From positions 9,792-73,791 of the forward strand of contig JBCLLY010000002.1 in the NCBI GenBank assembly GCA_039738415.1: a stretch of 64,000 nt of DNA, in the 5' to 3' direction. Both the position numbers and the translations under genes were made by a program. How positions within the stretch are numbered: the stretch's first letter is position 1; each line of letters opens with the position of its first letter. Positions 47,525 through 55,471 of this stretch are shown here, one piece after another. Under the pieces are notes generated by a model that made no database searches, was not told the origin of the DNA, and saw nothing but the letters and a program-made list of their open reading frames with translations. Source of the DNA: Candidatus Levyibacteriota bacterium. Lineage in GTDB: Bacteria; Patescibacteriota; Microgenomatia; Levybacterales; GWA1-39-11.

Positions 47525-47860
47525 TTATTTCTTTACAGCTTTTTTAACAGCTTTTGCCTTAACTTTGGTTTTGACTTTCAACTGCTTTTTTGCAATCTTT
47601 AGGACTTTCTTTTTTGTTTTATTGCCTTCCTTTCTGGCTCCATCCGCAGCTTTTTTTGCTTGAATCCTTACTTCTGCTATTAACTTACTTCCTTCTTTTT
47701 TGACATCATTTAGCAACTTTTCAGCTTTCTTACGATTCTTTTTATTTGAAAGCGCTGCTGCTGCTGCACCCATTACGACTGCTGCTCCTGCAACTCCTGC
47801 TGCAAGCGCGACTTTTCCAACCGATTGATTTTTCTTTTTCTTTAATTTCATGTTATTCAC
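47525..47860 (-). CDS. Lys/Ala-rich small protein with one hydrophobic segment (YtxH-like or histone-H1-like tail)
   Basis: 111 aa. It contains VALAAGVAGAAVVMGAAAAAL followed by KK-rich repeats. A GAGGAGG SD lies upstream. Confidence 0.45.
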   Translation of the reverse strand: MNNMKLKKKKNQSVGKVALAAGVAGAAVVMGAAAAALSNKKNRKKAEKLLNDVKKEGSKLIAEVRIQAKKAADGARKEGNKTKKKVLKIAKKQLKVKTKVKAKAVKKAVKK

Positions 47861-47998
47861 CTCCTCTCACTTTTCTATAAACACTATTATATTAACAAAA
47901 ATTGAAAAATATGAAAGAGGTATTACTATTTATGTAAAACTACAGCAATAAGTAAGTTACGTCAAAAGAGAAACGGAGAATACTGTATAATATAGGAT

Positions 47999-48982
47999 AT
48001 GGCATTAATTGATGACATCGTAATAAAAGTAAAAGCAGGCAGAGGTGGAAATGGCGGGAGGTCTCACAAAGTCTACTACGGTAGTACAAATATCCACCCT
48101 GACGGAGGAAATGGGGGTAATGGTGGAAATGTATACTTTGAAGGAACAGCAAATCTGAATGATCTAAGTGAATTTCGATATAAAAAAGAAATTAAGGCGG
48201 GAGACGGTGAGAAGGGGATGAACAAAGATCTTGACGGAAAATACGGAGAAGACGTTACGGTTCTGGTGCCGCTTGGTACTACAATTATAGATACTGAAAC
48301 ACGAGTTGCCGTAGAAATTCTAGATGAGGAAAGAGCGGTAAAAATTGCCGGAGGAGGACGTGGTGGAGTAGGGAACCATGATCAAAAAATTACACCTGGA
48401 AGAATTACAAAAACCCAAACAGAAGGAGCACCTGGTGAGGTAAAACAGCTACATTTAATTTTAAATTTGATAGCGGACATTGGTCTAATTGGTCTTCCAA
48501 ACGCAGGTAAAAGTTCTCTTTTAAAAAAATTAACCCGTGCCACTCCAAAAATCGGGGACTATCCGTTCACAACACTCGAGCCAAATTTGGGAACAATGTT
48601 ACAGGAGGGTAGCACGGACAAACAAAATATAGTGCTTGCAGATATTCCGGGTCTAGTCGAAGGTGCTTCAAGGGGAAAAGGGCTAGGTATTCAATTTCTC
48701 AAGCATATTCAAAAAACCAAAGTGCTCCTCCACTGCATAGATATAACAGGTGAAAATCTGCTGCAAACCTACGATACGGTGCGTAAAGAATTTGAGGAGT
48801 ATGATCCAACACTGCTTGAAAAGAAGGAAATAATTTTACTTACAAAAATTGATTTAGTAGATAATTTGCAAATTAAAAATGCCCTAAAAAAACTTAAAAA
48901 AACTAAAAAGGAAGTAATTACTGTTTCTATTTATAACGAAGAGAGTATAAATGCTTTAAGAGATTTTTTAACCAATAGTTAG
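47999..48982 (+). CDS. obg: GTPase Obg/CgtA
   Basis: It has a Gly-rich Obg fold (KAGRGGNGG...GGNGGNGGNV) and G motifs GLPNAGKSS and DIPGLV. Confidence 0.9.
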   Translation: MALIDDIVIKVKAGRGGNGGRSHKVYYGSTNIHPDGGNGGNGGNVYFEGTANLNDLSEFRYKKEIKAGDGEKGMNKDLDGKYGEDVTVLVPLGTTIIDTETRVAVEILDEERAVKIAGGGRGGVGNHDQKITPGRITKTQTEGAPGEVKQLHLILNLIADIGLIGLPNAGKSSLLKKLTRATPKIGDYPFTTLEPNLGTMLQEGSTDKQNIVLADIPGLVEGASRGKGLGIQFLKHIQKTKVLLHCIDITGENLLQTYDTVRKEFEEYDPTLLEKKEIILLTKIDLVDNLQIKNALKKLKKTKKEVITVSIYNEESINALRDFLTNS

Positions 48983-49048
48983 CTAAAAACAAAGCAAACG
49001 TAGCCTCTCTTTGTTTTAGTTGACTTAATAATATAGAATAGAACTAAT

Positions 49049-49393
49049 ATGGAAAAGCATAATAAAAAACCAAGAATGACCACGCCATTTGGAAAATATT
49101 TCCGTAAGCTTGATGAAATTGATTCTGAGCTTAAAAGCTCCAAAGAATTCGGTTCAATTCTAATTTTGTCGCTAGTGGAAGAGATTGGGGAAATGGCACG
49201 GGCATACCTGTCAGAGCATGGACGCAAAAAAACAAATATTGCGGCTCAGAAAGATGAAAGTTATGAACAAGAGCTAGGAGATGTTCTAGTAACCATAATC
49301 CGCTTTGCTAGAATTAAAAATATAGATTTGGATAAAAGAATTCAATATACGCTAGACAAAATTAAAAAAAGAAAAATATCCCCGAAGATATAA
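49049..49393 (+). CDS. MazG-like nucleotide pyrophosphohydrolase domain protein
   Basis: 114 aa. LVEEIGEMARAY...ELGDVLVTIIRFA shows an EExxE/ExxD-type pattern. Confidence 0.55.
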   Translation: MEKHNKKPRMTTPFGKYFRKLDEIDSELKSSKEFGSILILSLVEEIGEMARAYLSEHGRKKTNIAAQKDESYEQELGDVLVTIIRFARIKNIDLDKRIQYTLDKIKKRKISPKI

Positions 49394-49522
49394 CGACTGA
49401 TTTAACAAAATCTTAAATTTCTCCGCCTGCTGCTGGACATGGATCCCCTTCGATTCGCTCAGGGTAAACGAACCGAGATAAACAGCTCCAAAGGCTATCC
49501 CGCCAATTTGTCTTTACCAGAG

Positions 49523-49593
49523 CTACCGGACTTGGATTCGAACCAAGATAAACAGCTCCAAAGGCTGTTGTCCTACCATTAGACGATCCGGTA
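49523..49593 (-). tRNA. tRNA-Gln(UUG)
   Basis: Acceptor TACCGGA/TCCGGTA gives U1:A72, with G73. Anticodon arm ACAGC CTTTGGA GCTGT, T arm CTTGG TTCGAAT CCAAG. Confidence 0.85.
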
Positions 49594-49793
49594 GCCCCAA
49601 CAAAGACAATCTTTAATTGGCGGGACCATTAGACCTGCCCGTAATGCCAACCATTGTTCTTACGTGGCGGGCGGGCGACATCCCAATATCAATTAATCAA
49701 GCGAGTATTAATTGAACTCAAATATTATATCAGCTAACGACTAATTTACCAAAAGTAGCTAACGCCTATAGATAACACCTACGAGGCGATAGT

Positions 49794-50393
49794 TTACTTC
49801 TTCCCTTTATTCTTTCTATAAAAAATTCCAATTAAAACAGAAATTATTACAATATATAACAACTGGTGCGTGGCTCCCTGATATAGATAATTATAACCAA
49901 ATAGATTTAGCTCCAACGGCTTTTGAATTACGTGAATTGAGTATTCTTGAAGCATCTTGGGAAGTGTCACTATTAGAATAAAAATTAAAGCGCCCAGATA
50001 ACGGATTTTTGGTTCATACGAGGCTACAGTTTTTAGGATGTAGTAAAAAAAGAAAAAGTTCTCAAAAATATTTGGGAAGAAAAAAAGAAAAACTCTAACA
50101 TGTGTTACCTCGAATAGCAAAACTCCAATTAATCGAAATGCGAATAAACCCAATGCAACATTTCTTATTAGCTTATTCCCAAATTTGAAAGCAATTATAG
50201 CAAGTAGTGCTAAATAATAAGTATCAAGTATTTTATCAATCGCCTGATATTCAAAAATCGGTTGTATTCCAAACAGCTCCTTTGTGTGCCAATCAATATT
50301 GTCAAGCCATATAGATATTCCTCCACCTATAAGCGGAAATTTAAGAATTGAAAGAGGAAGTATTAGACGAAAAAGTATTATGACGGGATTCAT
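49794..50393 (-). CDS. hypothetical polytopic membrane protein
   Basis: 199 aa with 5-6 TM segments. Confidence 0.4.
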   Translation of the reverse strand: MNPVIILFRLILPLSILKFPLIGGGISIWLDNIDWHTKELFGIQPIFEYQAIDKILDTYYLALLAIIAFKFGNKLIRNVALGLFAFRLIGVLLFEVTHVRVFLFFFPNIFENFFFFYYILKTVASYEPKIRYLGALIFILIVTLPKMLQEYSIHVIQKPLELNLFGYNYLYQGATHQLLYIVIISVLIGIFYRKNKGKK

Positions 50394-50497
50394 CTTTAAC
50401 TCCCATTATATATAATTTCATCTGCATAATTAAGTTTGAGGAGAAATTTTTTTCTATTATCCCCCATATCACTATAATATTCGTGGTATAATGGGTT

Positions 50498-50902
50498 GTG
50501 ACTGATTTCACTTCAATTCTTCTTACCTACAAGGGAAAAGTATTATTAACTTTCCGTGAGAGCACTCCAAATATAATAAATAACGCCATCTGGCATTTTA
50601 TCGGGGGAATAAAGCAAAAAAATAAGTCGGAAAAGGAAACAATCACAAAAATTATTGAAAAAGAGACGGGTATAAAACTTACTTCAGTAGAATTTTTACT
50701 AAAACAAGATATTGAAAATATTACTGAACATTTTTATGGAGCAAAACTAACTGACCAGGATGTTAATAATATGCAGCGCGGAGAAGGGCAGTTAATAAAT
50801 TTCTATTCTATTTCAGAGCTTAAAAATCTTTCACTTGCACCTTCCACAAAACATTTTATTTCAAAGTATCCTGAGCTACTGGAAGACTTCCACAGAAACT
50901 AA
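50498..50902 (+). CDS. NUDIX-fold protein with degenerate Nudix box
   Basis: GGIKQKNKSEKETITKIIEKETGI resembles GX5EX7REUXEEXGU but lacks the RE..EE residues. Confidence 0.35.
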   Translation: MTDFTSILLTYKGKVLLTFRESTPNIINNAIWHFIGGIKQKNKSEKETITKIIEKETGIKLTSVEFLLKQDIENITEHFYGAKLTDQDVNNMQRGEGQLINFYSISELKNLSLAPSTKHFISKYPELLEDFHRN

Positions 50903-51143
50903 AAGCATTTAGAGGTTTAAGTCCCTATGTTATAACGCCCTATAGTTAATAGCTATTATTTTAATTATGTGCTATAATACTTTTAGTTACAGATAGTGCA
51001 CGAGCACATCTGCTTATATTTTGATTTAGTTTATTAAAGATAAAGAAAGCTTAATTTCTACTTTGCATCTTCATATATCTAAAACCACTTCATCTTTGAG
51101 CAGACGTTCTTGTGTATTCAGACAAAATTAAATAAAATAAAAT

Positions 51144-52346
51144 ATGTACAATTACAAAAGAAATAACCGTAGTCATAAAAGAAATGATTCACATTCCTAT
51201 GATTCCAGGTCAAACTCTAGAAATAGACCTCGCGGAGCTGCAAAAAAGCTTAATTCAAGCCTTTTCATAAATAAATCTAATGGGCAAAGCGCTGGAGAGG
51301 CTTTTGTCTCAACAGTGAAATTTTCCGACTACAATATCGTGGATAAACTAAAACGCAATATTACTGATCACGGATATGTACTTCCTACGGAAATTCAGGT
51401 AAAAACAATTCCTGAGATACTAGCAGGTCGTGACGTAATTGGGATTGCAAATACCGGTACTGGAAAAACGGCTGCATTTTTAATAACTTTAATAAATAAG
51501 TGCTTTTTAGACCGCAACCAGAGAGTCCTAATCGTCGTTCCTACCCGCGAACTTGCGATACAAATTTGCGATGAATTCCGTATATTTGCAAAAGGAATGG
51601 ATTTGGAAGCAGTTGCAACCATAGGTGGCGCAAATATAAGGAAACAAACATATGAATTAAGACACAGACCCCATTTTGTCATAGGAACACCCGGAAGACT
51701 TAAAGATTTAATTCAAAGAAGAGAACTAAATCTAGCGCTATTTCAAAATATTGTCCTAGATGAGGTAGACCGCATGGTAGATATCGGATTTATAAATGAT
51801 ATAAAGCAGATAATTGCGCTTTTACCTAAAGTCCGCCAGTCGCTATTTTTCTCAGCAACTGTTGATGGAAAAACAAAAGAAATTCTTCAGGGATTTGTTA
51901 AAAATCCGGTAACTGTTTCTGTTAAAAAACAGGATACTGCGGAAAATGTGCAGCAGGATATCGTAGAGCTTACGGGCAATAGACAAAAAATTGACGTCCT
52001 TCACGATCTGATTATTCAACCGGGATTTGAAAAAGTTTTGGTTTTCGGGAGAACTAAATGGGGAATGGAAAAATTGGCTCGTGCGCTAGTAGACCGCGGA
52101 TTTAGAGCAGCGGCAATTCACGGAAATAAGTCTCAAAACCAACGTCAAAAAGCCCTACAAGACTTTAAAAATAATCATTTACAAATTCTAATTGCAACAG
52201 ACGTCGCATCACGTGGACTTGATATAGAGAATGTCACTCACGTAATAAATTATGACGCACCGACCTCATATGATGACTATGTACATAGAATAGGTAGAAC
52301 AGGTAGAGCTGGTAAGCGTGGGGTTGCTTTAACTTTCGTAGAGTAA
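51144..52346 (+). CDS. DEAD-box ATP-dependent RNA helicase
   Basis: It has a Q-motif region and the motifs NTGTGKTAAF, DEVD, SAT and HRIGRTGRAG. The N-terminal tail is Arg/Ser/Asn-rich. Confidence 0.9.
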   Translation: MYNYKRNNRSHKRNDSHSYDSRSNSRNRPRGAAKKLNSSLFINKSNGQSAGEAFVSTVKFSDYNIVDKLKRNITDHGYVLPTEIQVKTIPEILAGRDVIGIANTGTGKTAAFLITLINKCFLDRNQRVLIVVPTRELAIQICDEFRIFAKGMDLEAVATIGGANIRKQTYELRHRPHFVIGTPGRLKDLIQRRELNLALFQNIVLDEVDRMVDIGFINDIKQIIALLPKVRQSLFFSATVDGKTKEILQGFVKNPVTVSVKKQDTAENVQQDIVELTGNRQKIDVLHDLIIQPGFEKVLVFGRTKWGMEKLARALVDRGFRAAAIHGNKSQNQRQKALQDFKNNHLQILIATDVASRGLDIENVTHVINYDAPTSYDDYVHRIGRTGRAGKRGVALTFVE

Positions 52347-52418
52347 GACAAATCGTCAATTAGTTCTAGAATGTCCTTAAAAGAATCATAATTTGGAATA
52401 AAATCGCAGAGTATGGGA

Positions 52419-52859
52419 TTACTCTCTGGTATAAAGTCCAACCAAAGTCGCTTCATCAATAACATGAGGCTTTATAGCTTCTTCTATTTCATCAGTAGTC
52501 ATATCTTCCTCAAGGCCAGGTTCGCCGTCGAGCGCAAATAGTCTGAAACGATATCTATGAGTACCTCTAGGGGGGCAAGGACCTCCCCATTGGGCATGTC
52601 CGAAGTCATTCATGGTTAAAATTGCATCATCAGGTACCGAATCCTCGTAAATTTCCTCAGTTTCAGGCGGAATATTTAGAACCACCCAGTGAGTCCATGT
52701 TTTTCCTACCGCATCAGGATCGTCAACTATTAACGCGAGGGACTTAATATCCTCAGGTACGTCGATAAACTTTAACGGCGGATTTACATCTGCGCCGTCA
52801 CAAGTATATTCTGCAGGAATCATTTCATTGTTTCCGAATGCACTACTAGTTATCTTCAT
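52419..52859 (-). CDS. YbhB/YbcL-family phosphatidylethanolamine-binding (Raf kinase inhibitor-like) protein
   Basis: DDPDA...HWVVLNIP...GGPCPPRGTHRYRFRLFALD. Confidence 0.85.
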   Translation of the reverse strand: MKITSSAFGNNEMIPAEYTCDGADVNPPLKFIDVPEDIKSLALIVDDPDAVGKTWTHWVVLNIPPETEEIYEDSVPDDAILTMNDFGHAQWGGPCPPRGTHRYRFRLFALDGEPGLEEDMTTDEIEEAIKPHVIDEATLVGLYTRE

Positions 52860-53106
52860 AATTTATTTATACATTATTTCGTATGTCTTTTACAAAAAAG
52901 ACCCGAATTATCCATTGTAACCAAAAATGATTAATTGTCAACCCGTTCGGCCCGCTTCGACTCAGCGAGGCGAGCAGGCTCAGGGCAAGCAGGGTTGATA
53001 CTGAATGAACGTAGTGAACCGAATGTATCAACCCAAAGGTATCAAGTCTTATAGGATATAGATTGTAATATCTTTAATATTTGCTACAATATGAAGGTGT
53101 AATTTT

Positions 53107-53187
53107 GCCGAGGTGGTGAAATGGTATACACGCAGCCTTGAGGTGGCTGTGCCGCAAGGCGTGCAGGTTCAAGTCCTGTTCTCGGCA
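53107..53187 (+). tRNA. tRNA-Leu(GAG)
   Basis: Acceptor GCCGAGG/TCTCGGC, anticodon arm CAGCC TTGAGGT GGCTG, long variable arm, T loop TTCAAGT. A TTGTAA-N16-TACAAT promoter lies upstream. Confidence 0.85.
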
Positions 53188-53381
53188 CACTTCGCTTCGT
53201 TCAGTGTAAACTGATTGAGTGAAAGCTTTGGTTTGTAAACTAAAGAATAATGAAGCTTGCTACTTTTAAAATTGCAACGCAATTTGTCATCCCTCCTAGG
53301 CGGGATGAAATGAGGAGAAATGACGAAGCGTAAAGGTTTTAAGCTCTGCTTAAAACCGCTAAGCGGAGTCCACTAGGACAC

Positions 53382-53456
53382 GCGGGGGTAGTTCAGCGGT
53401 AGAACGCTTCCTTGCCAAGGAAGAGGTCGCCGGTTCGAATCCGGTTCCCCGCTCCA
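53382..53456 (+). tRNA. tRNA-Gly(GCC), with encoded CCA
   Basis: Acceptor GCGGGGG/TCCCCGC with U73, followed by CCA (53454-53456). Anticodon arm CTTCC TTGCCAA GGAAG. Confidence 0.85.
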
Positions 53457-53593
53457 GAATTAGAGGTGGGGAATTGGCTTATTGGACATCTTATGACGAT
53501 GGATCAGAAATATGTGCAGTGCTTCCATTGATTAGGAATTTTCGAAAAAGTAGGTTCGAGCCATTATTTTCTACGCACGATAAAAAAATATTT

Positions 53594-53640
53594 TCCTGGT
53601 GATGGGATTCGAACCCATTTGTAAACTGAGACTGAGCTAA
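53594..53640 (-). pseudogene. internally deleted tRNA-like remnant
   Basis: The minus strand reads TTAGCTCAGT CTCAGTTTACAA ATGGG TTCGAAT CCCAT CACCAGG A. The D-arm start, a TAC-containing loop and the T arm are present, but no 5' acceptor strand. Confidence 0.4.
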
Positions 53641-53662
53641 ACAATTTTGGTATACTGCTAAT

Positions 53663-54301
53663 GTGGTAATTGATATACATATTCTTCTTGGTTCGGGACG
53701 CCTTCTTCCATACCAGAGTCAAATTAAAAATCGATTTGATAAATTAATCACAATAGTAAAAAAACAACTGTCGTTAGGCAATGTTGACGTAGTAGTTTAC
53801 GATAACCCTGAAGGTGCTATTCCTGAAATAGGGGTTGGAGGGTATTCGCCTAACGCACATTTAATTTTTATATCTCTTGATCCACAGTTTCCCAATTTTC
53901 AACAGACTATTGATGAAGAATTAAAACGAACAATAGCGCATGAATTACATCACACATTAAGGTGGAGAGATCCAGGATATGGAGAAACCTTATTTGAGGC
54001 GTTAATTACTGAAGGATTAGCTGACCATTTTGATATGGAAGTGAATAATATAGATAATCCTGAGCCTTGGGATACAGCTTTAAGCGACAAACAGCTAGTT
54101 GAGATTAAAGCTAAGGCGCAAAAAGAGTTTGATAATAAGAACTATAATCACAATGAATGGTTTTTTGGATACAAAGAAAAAAATATTCCAAGATGGGCCG
54201 GATATACATTAGGATTTAAACTCGTAGAAGATTATTTGAAAAGGAATCCACATAAAAAACCGTCACAACTCTATAGTGCTCACCCGGAAGATTTTAGATA
54301 A
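53663..54301 (+). CDS. predicted Zn-dependent peptidase (DUF2268/YjaZ-like, HExxH)
   Basis: IAHELHHTLRW...ALITEGLADHF. It has a GTG start 6 nt after TATACT. Confidence 0.55.
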   Translation: MVIDIHILLGSGRLLPYQSQIKNRFDKLITIVKKQLSLGNVDVVVYDNPEGAIPEIGVGGYSPNAHLIFISLDPQFPNFQQTIDEELKRTIAHELHHTLRWRDPGYGETLFEALITEGLADHFDMEVNNIDNPEPWDTALSDKQLVEIKAKAQKEFDNKNYNHNEWFFGYKEKNIPRWAGYTLGFKLVEDYLKRNPHKKPSQLYSAHPEDFR

Positions 54302-54331
54302 TTAGTTTCTAATAAATAAAAGTCGATCCCT

Positions 54332-54498
54332 ACTTCTCGCCCTGCGCTATGTAGGGTGCAACAGCAAACACTAAGTTTATCGAAGTGTGGGCGCTAGAGG
54401 GCTCCCCGATGTTCATCGGGATAAACTTCTCGCCCTCAACTATGTAGGTTGCAACAGCAAACACTGAGTTTATCTAAAGTGTGGGCGCTAGAGGGCTC
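54332..54498 (-). repeat. two-copy tandem repeat (period about 93-94 nt) of the tRNA-Val(UAC) 3' end plus trailer
   Basis: Units 54332-54404 and 54425-54498 differ at about 7 positions. Each ends (tRNA sense: begins) with GAGCCCTCTAGCGCCCACACTT. They are separated by the hairpin CCCGATGAACATCGGG. Confidence 0.85.
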
Positions 54499-54554
54499 GA
54501 ACCCCTGACATTTTCGGTGTAAACGAAACGCTCTACCAGCTGAGCTAAGCGCCC
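54482..54554 (-). tRNA. tRNA-Val(UAC)
   Basis: Acceptor GGGCGCT/AGCGCCC, anticodon arm TTTCG TTTACAC CGAAA, T arm AGGGG TTCGAGC CCTCT. Confidence 0.85.
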
Positions 54555-54639
54555 GACGTCAAAATTAATTTCGCACGTTCGTTTATCGCAAAGCAATAAA
54601 CTTTTCACTCAATCAGTTTACACTGAACGAAGTGAAGTG

Positions 54640-54712
54640 TGCTGAGACCAGGAATCGAACCCGGATAACTTGTTCTTCAGACAAGCGCCTTGACCAACTT
54701 GGCAATCTCAGC
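54640..54712 (-). tRNA. tRNA-Phe(GAA)
   Basis: Acceptor GCTGAGA/TCTCAGC, anticodon arm CTTGT CTGAAGA ACAAG, T arm CCGGG TTCGATT CCTGG. The D arm is atypical (GCCAAGTTGGTCAAGGC). Confidence 0.75.
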
Positions 54713-54824
54713 ATGACTATTGGTTTTTATCAAAAAACTACTTTTAGAATTATACAAAAAGTTAAGCTCAATATCCATATGAACTAATGCATGATGCTAA
54801 AATTGAGGCTATTTGTAAAGGTGT

Positions 54825-55187
54825 TCAGGATAGTTTTCGGGCTCTTCTATAATGAAATATGAACAGAACTGTTCCTACGACTATAAAAGTAATTGCACTC
54901 GCAACATCCGTAACTTTTTTAACTTCTCGCTCGCGGACGAGGTCTTCCTCGCATCTTTTTAATAGGTCGATATTGGATGGAGTTTCTGAACCCTCAACCT
55001 TAACGGGAGCGGGTTCTAAGTAGCTACATCTTCCAGCCTCATAATCAAGATAATAATTATCCAGGAAAAAATTTCTAACCGCAAAATCCGAAAGTTTGAA
55101 TATCCCCATGACCAAAAGGATTATCCCAATTGCTGAAAAAACGTAAAAATAAGCAGTCTTTATAGAATGTCCGAAATCTTTTGCCAT
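54825..55187 (-). CDS. hypothetical two-TM membrane protein
   Basis: 120 aa with N- and C-terminal hydrophobic helices. Confidence 0.4.
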   Translation of the reverse strand: MAKDFGHSIKTAYFYVFSAIGIILLVMGIFKLSDFAVRNFFLDNYYLDYEAGRCSYLEPAPVKVEGSETPSNIDLLKRCEEDLVREREVKKVTDVASAITFIVVGTVLFIFHYRRARKLS

Positions 55188-55244
55188 AAATTAATAATAG
55201 TAAATTCAAACACCAACCGCAATAGCTTTGTTGCCTTTGCGCTG

Positions 55245-55327
55245 TGCTCGAGGGGAGAGTTGAACTCCCACATCATTACTGACACTGGCTCCTGAAGCCA
55301 GCGCGTCTACCATTTCGCCACTCGAGC
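55245..55327 (-). tRNA. tRNA-Leu(CAG)
   Basis: Acceptor GCTCGAG/CTCGAGC, anticodon arm CTGGC TTCAGGA GCCAG, long variable arm, T arm GGGAG TTCAACT CTCCC. Confidence 0.85.
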
Positions 55328-55471
55328 ATTGCGGGCAAGCCATTTAAGCTTATATCAAATTGTATCAATCAAATGCAGTCGAAACAAATCTGAATTTATG
55401 GCTTTATTTTAGTGTTTATCGCGCCCTATCAAGCTAATTTTTTCTTGATTTTCTGTCCTCAATGTGCAACT

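Noticed and set aside
52936-53001. A riboswitch-like three-way alternative pairing of TGTCAACCC / GGGTTGATAC / GTATCAACCC.
   Set aside because: The first segment coincides with the -35 (TTGACA on the minus strand) of a TTGACA-N16-TACAAT promoter for the PEBP gene. It is probably not part of a transcribed switch. Only the 10-bp hairpin at 52992-53034 is retained, within another finding.
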